DNA from: Mobula hypostoma
Taxonomy: Eukaryota
DNA: 64,000 nt
Direction of reading: 5' to 3'
NCBI RefSeq assembly: GCF_963921235.1
Contig: NC_086097.1
Location: 209,934,001-209,998,000 of the forward strand
Shown piece after piece: positions 50,717 through 61,255 of this stretch. Under the pieces are notes generated by a model. That model made no database searches, was not told where the DNA came from, and was given only the letters and a program-made list of their open reading frames with translations. The first letter of the stretch is position 1. The number at the start of each line of letters is the position of its first letter. Made by a program: the position numbers and the translations under genes.

Positions 50717-51417
50717 ACACTAATCTGCAGATGCTGGGGTCAAAGCAACACTCACAACATGCTGGAGGAACTCAGCAGGTCGGGCAGCATCCGTGGAAAA
50801 GATCGGTTGACGTTTCGGGCTGGAACCCTTCGTCAGGACTGTAGAGGGAAGGGGCAGAGGCCCTATAAGGAAGTTGGGGGGAGGGTGGGAAGGAGAGGGC
50901 TGGTAGGTTCCAGGTGAAAAACCAGTAAGGGGAAAGATAAAGGGGTGGGGGAAGGGAGGCAGGGAGGTGATAGGCAGGAAAGGTGAAGAAGGAATAGGGG
51001 AAAACACAATGGGTAGTAGAAGGAGGCGAGACCAAGAGGGAGGTGGTAGGCAGCTGGGGGAGGGGGCAGAGTTACATAGGGATAGGGGAAAGGAGGGGGA
51101 GGGAATTACCAGAAGTTGGAGAATTCTGTTAGCCTCATCATGGCAGTAGAGGGGGCCATGTATGGACATACCTGAATGGGAATGGGAAGCAGGGTTGAAG
51201 TGGGTGGCAACCGGGAGATCCTGTCTGTTGTGGCGAATGGAGCGGAGGTGCTCGACGAAGCGGTCCCCCAATCTGCGTCGGGTTTCACCGATGTAGAGGA
51301 GGCCGCACCGGGAGCACCGGATGCAATAGATGACCCCAACAGACTCACAAGTGAAGTGTTGCCTCACTTGGAAGTACTGTTTGGGGCCCTGAATGGTGGC
51401 AAGAAAGCGTGTTGTGA
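50717..51417 (-). mobile_element. Penelope-like element 3' fragment: GIY-YIG endonuclease, pLTR and tail
   Basis: VIYCIRCSRCGLLYIGETRRRLGDRFVEH...VATHFN. Flanked by atgttgaag(g/a)tga at 50704-50716 and 51418-51430. Inserted in an old CR1 3' end (about 50635-51680). Confidence 0.9.
50803..50842 (-). ncRNA. Minimal type I hammerhead ribozyme motif in the Penelope pLTR
   Basis: ACAGUC-CUGACGA-A-GGG(uuccag)CCC-GAAA-CGUC-AACCGA. The core and GUC site are intact; stem I has two mismatches relative to GACUG. Confidence 0.6.
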
Positions 51418-51799
51418 ATGTTGAAGATGAGAAAGGGACAATTTAAATAGAAGCTGAGGGACAAGTTTTTCCACACAGAGTTTGGTGAGTAAATGGAATG
51501 AGCTGCCAAAGGAAGTTGTAAAGGTCGGTCCAATTGTAATATTTAAAAGATGTTTGGACATATTTATGGATAGGAAAGGATTTGGGGATATGAGTCAAAT
51601 GTAGATGTGGGACAAGCTCCAGTAGACATCTGAGTTGGTATGGATCAGATGAGCTGAAGAGCCTACTTCCATGCTATACAAATCTGGCTGTTAACTACCA
51701 GTTTTTAACTATTATGATTAACAATATGATATGGGTCATTTGCTTTCTTTTAGTGAAATTGTATCTTCACCTGATATTCAATTTTCATTGTTTTAATTT

Positions 51800-52430
51800 G
51801 GGTTGCAGAGAATCCAGTGAGTGTTTGGCTAATCGAATACACAGTTGGCTTGATTGCATAAAGCAAAGGGTGATGGTAGATGGTTGTTTCTCAGACTAGA
51901 GTCCCATGACTTGGGGGTCGTGCTGGGCCCATTGTTGGGTGTCATCTATAGAAGTAATTTTGATAGGAATATACAAGGCATGATTAGTAAGTTTGCAGAT
52001 AACACTCAAATCGATGGGATTGTGGAAAATGAAGAAGATTATCAAAAATTACAGTGGGATCTTGATCAACTGAGTAAGTGGGCCAAGAAATGGCAAATTG
52101 AGTTTAACTTAGTTTAAGGGTGTTGCATTTTGAAAAGCTAAATCCAGATAGGGCTTGCACAGTATACGGCAGGGCTGAAGGGGAGTGTTGTAGATAAGAA
52201 GGGTATTCCAGAATAAGCACAAGGTTCACAAACAGTGGATTCACAAGTTGGCAAATGGTAAAGAAGGCATTTGACATGCTAGCCTACATTAGTCGGGCAT
52301 TGAGTATTAAGTTGGGAGGTCATGGTGCAGGTGTACAGGATGCTGGAGGGGACACACGTCTTCAATTTGGTTACCTTGCTATAGGAAAGATGTTATTAAA
52401 CTGAAAGGAGTGCAGAAACGATTTCCCCAA
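51800..52430 (+). mobile_element. Old CR1 RT fragment
   Basis: VLGPLL...ISKFADNT...LQWDLDQLSKWAKKWQIEFN. Confidence 0.75.
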
Positions 52431-52892
52431 CTGTCTTTAAATTGTTATAGACAATAGGTCTGTACAAGTGGCTTTATGAATTTGGGACCACATTTATAAC
52501 CACCTTTTTTCTCTTTCTCTCACCATTTGAAACAAGGAAGTTGGCATCAAATACTAACAGCTCTGTCACAAAATGCTTTTGAGAGTTACTGGAAGTACTG
52601 ACGTCAAACCTTTTTTAAGGAAAAAAAGAAAAAGAGAGTATCCAAATTTAGACTTTTTTCCCCTTAATAAAAGGGAGGTGCTACATATTGTGAACCTGCA
52701 AAGTCCTCATTATACAGAGAGGAGGACAATCCATTCAATTGCCCCTTTTGGGCAGTCCTACCATTTTTTTTTCAGTGAATATATTTCCTCTAAATTTTTA
52801 TCATTCTACCTGTGAGTGTTTCCAACTCTAGCAGGGCTGATTTTTCTTTCATCAGATGTTATGAAATCTATAAAAATAGTCCCAATTGCTAA

Positions 52893-52995
52893 CAAGAGAG
52901 ACTGCAGATGCTGGAAATCCACGCAACACATGCTAAGTGCTGGAGGAACTTAGTGCTGGCAGCATCTATGGAAAAAGTATAGTTGACGTTTCGAG
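52893..52995 (-). mobile_element. Penelope-like tail plus pLTR end, truncated inside the hammerhead motif
   Basis: ctgcagatgctggaaatcc...gcagcatctatggaaaa...gttgacgtttcgag; flanks cca(a/g)ttgctaa at 52882-52892 and 52996-53006. Confidence 0.7.
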
Positions 52996-53826
52996 CCAGT
53001 TGCTAATTTCTTGTCAGTTTTTATTCATGTCCATGTTAAGCATACTTAATTGTGATTAAGTATACTTAAGACTCAATTAATCCTACCTGACATTATTTGA
53101 CCCAAAGTTTAAAACTGCCCCTTGTTGGTCTTGCTATACACTGACTTCTATGGTTTCTTAAATAATATTTAATTATCCTTTAAGGGTTTTTACCTATTGG
53201 TTAAGCCAGGGGTGTCAAACTCGTTTTAGGTCACAGGCCGGATTGGGCAAAATGCGACTTCATGCGGGCCAGATCCGTTGTGCACACGCAAACGCATGCG
53301 CGCGTGCTCCCACAGCTCTCATTGCCTTCATTTTTTCAATCTGCTCTCATGTGTCTCAGTCTCTGCTATAACTACAAAGTGTTTAACTTTACGAATTTTG
53401 TTTCTTATGAAGAAGATTGCCTAGCAAGCATTATTTTTATGATTGGTATTAACTTACAGTCGTAGGCTACAAGAAAGTTGTGATGAGAGAAAGAAAAAAT
53501 GATGCTATTTTGGCTAATATTGTTTTGGGAGTCACACCCTTTCCATTAATAAACCATTTGAAATCGGACATTAGCAGACACAAATGTAGACCTAACGAAA
53601 CAAATTGTAAATGTAGGCTACACAACTGCACCTATTTTTTAGTAGCCTGCTTCCAGCAATCAAACTCAGACAATGAACACAGTTAGCCTCTAATTTTTAT
53701 TGAAGTGATCATATTTGCAATAATAGAATAGTCAGAAAATGAATGAATCACAATATTGTGACACTCAATATTTCATAATGCATTTTGCTTACATGTCGCA
53801 GTGCATCGAACAGTGGTATTCATTTT

Positions 53827-56546
53827 TCACTTGCTGCTTCCAGACACTTGACATCTCTTGGCTTTAACCAGCCAGTCAACATCAGGGACCAGCTTCTGGG
53901 CAGTTGTGATTTTCATAATGTCATTTAGATGTCTGTGTGTCAGCTGCGAGTGCAGTTTGGATTTGTTAATGTTCATTATAGAGAACGCCTGCTCACAGAG
54001 ATGTGTTGTCCCAAACACGCAAAGGATCTTTGAGTAAAAGTCTGCCATCTTGGGGTACATCAGTCCCAGGTATTGATAGAATGAGTCTAGACCTGCAGTC
54101 TCAAATTTATATTTCAAAGCCGAGCTACACTGAATTTCAGTTAGTTCCATTTGGAGTTCCTCCAGCACATTTTCAGAATGGCAGGCGGTGACTAGTGGGG
54201 TACCGCAAGGCTCAGTGCTGGGACCCCAGTTGTTTACAATATATATTAATGACTTGGATGAGGGAATTAAATGCAGCATCTCCAAGTTTGCGGATGACAC
54301 GAAGCTGGGTGGCAGTGTTAGCAGTGAGGAGGATGCTAAGAGGATGCAGGGTGACTTGGATAGGTTGGGTGAGTGGGCAAACTCATGGCAGATGCAATTT
54401 AATGTGGATAAATGTGAAGTTATCCACTTTGGTGGCAAAAATAGGAAAACAGATTATTATCTGAATGGTGGCCGATTAGGAAAAGGGGAGGTGCAACGAG
54501 ACCTGGGTGTCATTATACACCAGTCATTGAAAGTGGGCATGCAGGTACAGCAGGCGGTGAAAAAGGCGAACGGTATGCTGGCATTTATAGCGAGAGGATT
54601 CGAGTACAGGAGCAGGGAGGTACTACTGCAGTTGTACAAGGCCTTGGTGAGACCACACCTGGAGTATTGTGTGCAGTTTTGGTCCCCTAATCTGAGGAAA
54701 GACATCTTTGCCATAGAGGGAGTACAAAGAAGGTTCACCAGATTGATTCCTGGGATGGCAGGTCTTTCATATGAAGAAAGACTGGATGAACTGGGCTTGT
54801 ACTCGTTGGAATTTAGAAGATTGAGGGGGGATCTGATTGAAACGTATAAGATCCTAAAGGGATTGGACAGGCTAGATGCAGGAAGATTGTTCCCGATGTT
54901 GGGGAGGTCTAGAACGAGGGGTCACAGTTTGAGGATAGAGGGGAAGCCTTTTAGGACCGAGGTTAGGAAAAACTTCTTCACACAGAGAGTGGTGAATCTG
55001 TGGAATTCTCTGCCACAGCAAACTGTTGAGGCCAGTTCATTAGCTATGGCTACACTGAATTTCAGTTAGTTCCATTTGGAGTTCCTCCAGCACATTTGAT
55101 GCTGCATTGATGGCAAACGGCGAGCAAAATAGTGAGAATTCCTTCTCAACCTGAGTGAAGACTTGGAAACGATTCTGAAATTCACTTTTCAGCCGTGATA
55201 TTTTGTCCTTGTTCCTGTCCATGTTGTCATTATTCCCATGAGTGGTACGCACAGACTGCAAAGCGGGGAAATGAGCTGGGTTGCTCCAGGATAGTTGCAT
55301 CTCCCACAGGCCTAATTTAATTTGAAAGGCACGAATGCTGTCGGAGTATTCCATAACAAGTTTGTTGCGGCCTTGCATGTTAACATTAAGCACATTTAAG
55401 TGCACTGTAAAAATGTAAGATAATGAAGCCGGTCTGGGTCATCCAACTCTGCCATTTCTCGTTCATGAATAGTCCAATGTCCACACGTAATTGAGAAAAA
55501 CGTTTGAGCACAACCCCTCTGCTCAACCAGTGGACTTCAGTGTGGTAGGGTCGGCCGTGTCCAATATTACTTTCAGACAAAAGAGTGTCAAATTGCCGAT
55601 GGTTGAGTCCCTTGGCTCTAATAAAATTAACCGTTTTGATCACTACATCCATGACATTGTCCATTTTCAGGCTCCTGCTACATAACGCCTCTTGGTGTAC
55701 AATACAATGAAAATTCCGGATTTCCTGCTCTGGATTCTCTGTCAGAACTTTCTCTCTGAGTTTCGCAACAACACCTGCCTTTTTCCCGACCGTGGATGGT
55801 GCGCCATCTGTTGCCACGCTGACAGTGTGACTCTAGTCAACCCCCAGTCTCCAAGGCCTCAACGAGGCTAGAGAAAATGTCGTTCACCATGGTGGTGTTT
55901 TTTCATGGGCACCATCTCCACAAACTCCTCGGTGACGGTCAAAGATGCATCAACACCACGAATAAATATTCCCAATTGAGCTACATCAGTCACGTAGGTG
56001 CTCTCATCAATTGCAACAGGGAAGGCAATAAATGACTTCACTTTATCTTTTAGTTGACTGTTCAAATCTCCTGCAAGGTCCCCAATTCTCTCTGCCACAG
56101 TATTTCTTGACAAGCTGATATTGCCAAAAGCCTGTCTTTTCTCAGGGCACACCAGCTCAGCTGCTGTCAGCATGCATGCTTTGATGAATTCCCCCTCTGA
56201 GTATGGCTTCGATGCAGCAGCTATTTTGTTGGCAATAATATAGCTGGCCTTGACAGCTCCATCATGAGTCTGTCGACTTTTGGTGAACACTGATTGCTGT
56301 TTTTTGAGAGCTGCTTCAAGCTCGTTTACCTTTTGCATTCTGAGTCATCCTGCGTACTTGTCATATTTTTCTCCGTGTGACGTCTCATAGTGTCATTTGA
56401 TATTGTATCCCTTTGCCACAGCCACTTGTTGCGAGCATATCAGACACACAGGTTTGCCGTTGACCTCACAGAAGAAAAAAATGATCTTTCCAATTATCGT
56501 TGAATATCCGACCTCCAATGTCAACTTTTCTTTTCTTGGAAAGCAT
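53827..56546 (-). pseudogene. hAT transposase (GTF2IRD2-like family), disrupted
   Basis: MLSKKRKVD... start at 56546; PVCLIC zinc finger; AIDESTYVTDVAQL, ATDGAPS, HCIVHQEALC, FGTTHLCEQAFS. Multiple frameshifts and stops plus a CR1 insertion. Confidence 0.88.
54173..55048 (+). mobile_element. CR1 RT fragment lacking the 3' UTR/tail, flanked by a 49-bp direct duplication
   Basis: Uninterrupted ORF 54188-55069 (GVPQGSVLGP, FADDTK, LVRPHLEYC). The 49-bp host sequence is identical at 54124-54172 and 55049-55097. Confidence 0.9.
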
Positions 56547-57680
56547 TTTGAACCACAGCAGCAAGCAATCTCAGCCTTGCTACAGGTGTTACTTACCTGA
56601 GTACTCTGTGTGTTTATACTGTGTCTGACAACGCGAGTGGGGCCCTAGTGGTCTCCAGTGCAGGGTGGTAGGTGCTTATGCACAGCGGGTGGTTAACTGC
56701 TGCCTATTGTTTTCTAAGTACACACAGTAAACTGTCCGCGCAGCAGGCGGCACAGACAGCGGTGGGAGAGAGAGCGGCTGCCGTACAGATACATAATAAA
56801 TGGTCGTGAATGTACTTGTTTTTTTCCCCAAATCATCCTGCGGGCCAGATTGGACCCCTTCGCAGACCAGATGTGGCTCGCGGGCAGGTAGTTTGACACT
56901 CCTGGAATGACACTGTTATTATCTGTAACTATTGGTCCCAACCCTGAGGAGGTATAATCCAAAAGGTGGAATTTTAAATATTTGCAAAACTGGACAGATA
57001 GCTGTCATTGACTTATTTGAAATGTTTTAAAAACGAAGTTTTTTTTTCAATCTTCCTTTATTTTAATCATTTTATGCAGGCATCACTTCAATGAATCTGC
57101 ATGATTTTTTTTTTAATTGCTTTAGCCACCCAATGATACTCTTGACTGTTGCTTCAGCTGCTCAGGCTGGATATATACCCAATAATACTCAGCTGAAAAT
57201 TTCCCATATGTCCGAAATTACTTGTGTATTGTCCACTTGCATGATCTCCAGCTCAACACATCTTTCTATTGGATTTTTCTTCTAAACACAGTCCTAGTGT
57301 GCTTATTTTGCATACTTTTGACCCATTAATTGACTTGTGACAGTAAGGTATAAGGTGGAAAGATTTTTAGTCATTCTTCCTTATGTGATATCTGCAAAGC
57401 ACCAGATGTTTTATAAAATTGATTAATATCAGCAGTCCTTATAATACAAAGTTAATTAAATATACTGTGATTTTTGTTTACGTTAATTGGTTGTTTTTTT
57501 TTTGAACATCTAAAATGCTAATTCTCAGCAACTGACTTTGAGCCTCTGGTATTTGCAAAGCTGAAAATAAACATACAAACTTTGGAACACTGAATAGAGA
57601 CTAATTATGCTTTTATTATTGCGCTGTTTCAGTATTTTGGAATAATATGTAATAAATAATCTGTTAATTGATGTCTTTAG

Positions 57681-57844
57681 ATTTTGTGGAAAAGTGTGAA
57701 GAAGAGTCAAATATTGATGATGAATCCAATGTTAATGCCTCAGAGGTGCAAGAAGAAAATGAATTGGATAGTGAATCAGAATTGATGGCAAATATGGGGC
57801 TGCCCTTGCACTTCGGTAGTTCATCAAATCACTGGCAACCAATG
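57681..57844 (+). CDS. TGS1: TGS1 coding exon 3 (...ELDSESELMANMGLPLHFG...)
   Basis: Acceptor tctttag|, donor ATG|gtaagg; 164 nt. Conserved ELDSExELMxxMGLPLxFG motif. Confidence 0.94.
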
Positions 57845-58331
57845 GTAAGGAAAACTGCTTTTATTCATGTCATAGGTTTGTATGAAAATGTTTGCAAGTG
57901 ATAACAAAATTTTAGTTTTGAAGTACATTTATTATTTTGGTTTTCAACCTCAAGTGTTAAAATTATGGTGAAAGCTTGCAGGCAGATTTAGGAATTTTAT
58001 TTGGTAGCAAACATTTCCAGTTATTTGATACATTATTTATCAGGCAAACTTGTATAACCTGTTGTCCTCAAACCTGTAGTTTACGAAATTTTTGCAAAAG
58101 AGATTACTTTTAAGTAACTGAACACAATAATCAAATTGGGTTCTCTGGAAGTATAATCAGTTTTGGCAGAACCTTATCTACCATTTCAAACACAGGCAAG
58201 AGAATAGCTCTATAATAAAAAAGAATTTACTTCCTAGTAACTTTATACATGAAGTATACAATATTAAGTTACAGATTTATATTCGTTCATATTGTCACAA
58301 ATGCACAATTTGTAACCTTTTATTTTCCAAG

Positions 58332-59103
58332 ACCTGCAATGTTTCAAAGAAAAGATTCAAAAAGAAAAAGGTGAATCGCAAAAATATTGAAGTTTGTAAG
58401 GAACTGCCAGACAATATTTTGAATCAAGTTTCTGACATCACTAACTTGGAACTGATTGAAAACCAAAACAATTTTGAAATAGAATGTAATGACCTGAATA
58501 AATCATGTGCGGGAGCAACAGACTCGGAGCTGGAATCCAAAACAGACTGGGAAATGTATTGGAGACTGTATGGTGAAGGTATCGTTTGGGAAAATTGGCT
58601 GGGAAAACATCCTGATTGGATAGAAGACACACCTGCACCATGGAACTGTTCCAATATGAAAGATGAATGGCAAGAGTTTTACACTGAACAATATTGGTTA
58701 TATTATGAACAGTTTAATTACTGGAGAGCTCAAGGATGGTCTGTAGACCTGACCAAAGATTCTGACTGTGGCAAGGATTCATCCTGTACAAACACACATG
58801 ATTCAGAAGAATTTCTTGACAGTGCTGATTGTGAAAACATCAATAACGTACTGCCAGTGGAGTCCATCATTGAATCAAATGGAAAAAGCACACTTGAGTG
58901 TAATGAAGTTGGTTGTAAAGAGGTTGCCAGTATGATAAGTAATATAAAGCTCAGTGCAGGAAGTGAGGTTGAGCAATTCACAGATGGGGAAAACAATATC
59001 TGCAACTGTCCTGTTGATGGTTCCGAGGAGAAAGATCAACCTGCAGAAGGAGGCAACGGCAAGACATGTGCAGCGAGTGGAAGAGACTCCACAGTTCAGT
59101 CAG
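58332..59103 (+). CDS. TGS1: TGS1 coding exon 4 (large exon)
   Basis: Acceptor ttttccaag|, donor CAG|gtaagt; 772 nt open. Lys-rich KKRFKKKK, WEMYWRLYGEGIVWENWLGKHP and WQEFYTEQYWLYYEQFNYWRAQGW motifs. The methyltransferase domain lies outside the window. Confidence 0.94.
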
Positions 59104-59400
59104 GTAAGTGTTGCTAAAAAATTTCTCTCCTTTTTTCCAGAATTGTGATCAGTTATTTTAGAAATCCTCTTTAATAACTGGGTATAAATAAAATACATAC
59201 ATGTTTTTTTAAAAAACTAGTTTAGGCAAACATCTTTTGCACTAAATTGTGTCATACCTAACCCCTTTAAATCACTGTGATTTGCAGAATGTAAAGCATC
59301 TCATGCCTGCCATTTGAACTGCATATATACTGTATGTTGTTCTGGTTCTGTTGTGCATGTGGTTCTTCCACAGAATAAAAATTGTGATAGTAAACTGATA

Positions 59401-59905
59401 CAGAGTACTGCGGAAAAAGTCTTGGGCACCCTAGTTTTTTTATATGAATTGTGTTTTAGGTGTTTTTTTTGTCTTCTGCATTAGTGTGTCACAAGAACAG
59501 AGCAAGTTTTAGATTTCCACAAGTTTTCCACAAAAAAATCATTACAGAGAAAAGACATTTTGTTAAATAAAGTAATATTTTTAGTAAAAGACCAGTTCTC
59601 AAATAAAAGCTTGATTACTTTGTAGACATATAACCCAGTGCGTGATTAAACAAATAAAAAGAACAAGTGCTAATGATCAATGACATTGAGTTGAATGAAC
59701 TAAATTGAAATAAAAAAGGTGTAGAAAGAATTAAACTAGCCATAGGACAACCAAACTAAAAGGCGAGGGTGTGGCAGATGTGATATTTAACCTTCAGATC
59801 ATCTATTCGTACACCACAGCAAGAGTGAGCATAGCAACAAGACACAAGGTAGTCATTCTGCGTCAGCAACGTCTCCCAAGCAGACATTTTGGGGTAGATG
59901 GGTTT
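59401..59905 (+). mobile_element. Tc1-like transposon left-end fragment
   Basis: Begins ta|cagagtactgcggaaaaagtcttgggcacc, similar to the mini units at 8045 and 8504. Followed by a degenerate transposase start (RVSIATRHKVVILRQQ). Confidence 0.55.
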
Positions 59906-61255
59906 TAAGATCCAAGATGGCAGCATGTTCAGATGCAGCGACCACTTCGTCTCTGGGTGTAATAGTTTGTCCATGACCTGTACGTCTTTGTTAAGATCGT
60001 AAAACACTGTTGGCTATTAAATATTCTGAGCACAGCAATTCCACCACGCTAGTGAACTGTTGGACTACAGAGGAGCTCTGCAGCTTGGGCTTATTGTGTA
60101 CACAATGGCCTGCTTCAGACCTCTGAGTGATGCTGTAAGAAGAGGTGCACATGGAAACAAAAAGGGAACAACACACTGGAATCCCTTCAGCCCGGCTCAC
60201 CGCTCTTTCTTACTGGCAAATCTCCGCTCACTTGAAAATAATCCAGACTACATGTGCCTGAGACTAAACCAGCGAGAGAAAAACATCTGTGCACTCATCC
60301 TCACAGAATCATGGCTTCATGAATCCATCCCAGGTGCGGCCATCCAGCTGGAAGGATTCAACGTGATTCAGGCTGACAGCAATCTCAGGCAAGACTCGCA
60401 GTGGCAGTATTTGTATTTACGTAAATAAGAACTGATGTCCAGACACTTAGGTGGAAGCGTCCCATTGTTCATCAGTGGTTGAGTTTATTCTGTGAAGTGC
60501 AGACAGTTTTATATAGCGAGGGAGTTCACTACAATTGTGTTGGTAGCTGTGTATATCCCCCCCCCCACTCCAGCTAATGTGTGAGCTCTACAATGCCATC
60601 AGTTACTTTCAAAGCAAACACCCTAATGGTATCTTCATTATCACAGGTGATTTTAACCATGAAAACCTAAAGATAGTCCTGCCTAAATTCCACCAGCATG
60701 TTGATTTTCTATCAGAGGTGAAAATACACTAGACTTGGTTTACACTAAAATATCAGGTGCCTATAAAGCACTCCCTCGACCCCACATTGGATTGTCGGAT
60801 CACTTACCTGTAATGTTAATTCCAGCAAACAAACCAGTGATCACACGGGTCAAGACAGTTCTAAAGGTGGTGAAAACCTGGTCTGAGGGTGCAATCTCTG
60901 CACTGCAGGATTGCTTTAATAAATAAAACCGGAGAACGTTCAGTGAGGCTGCTACCTATGGCGACCATATTTACGTCAAGGGATGTGTTGATTCTGTGAC
61001 CAGCTACATAGAGAAGTGAACTGTGGATGTTACCATCACAAAGCACATCCGGGTGAGCAGAAATCAGAAGTTCTGGCTTACTGCAGAGATCCATGCCAGG
61101 CTGTGGGATCATGATGCTGCTTTTAGATCGGGAGACACGACAGCTCACAGGGAAGCAAGAACTGTGCTTTCCTGCTCCATCAGGAAGGCGAAATGGGATC
61201 ATTCTCAGAGAACTTACAGTTACTTCTGTGATAGCAGAGACACAAGGCGCATGTA

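Larger units (their letters stand above)
53207..56904 (-). mobile_element. hAT DNA transposon (Charlie/SPIN/Buster-like)
   Basis: TIRs caggggtgtcaaact (53207) and agtttgacactcctg (ends 56904), with gcgggccagat subterminal repeats. No matching 8-bp TSD seen. Confidence 0.88.

Noticed and set aside
54188..55069. 293-aa ORF as a standalone reverse transcriptase gene
   Set aside because: It is only the C-terminal part of CR1 ORF2, with no ATG start and missing the N-terminal RT motifs.
53827..56546. Possible domesticated GTF2IRD2/ZBED-like gene
   Set aside because: It has multiple frameshifts, a CR1 insertion and retained TIRs, so it is a dead transposon.
58371..59117. 248-aa single-exon gene
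   Set aside because: It is the internal TGS1 exon 58332-59103, bounded by splice sites.
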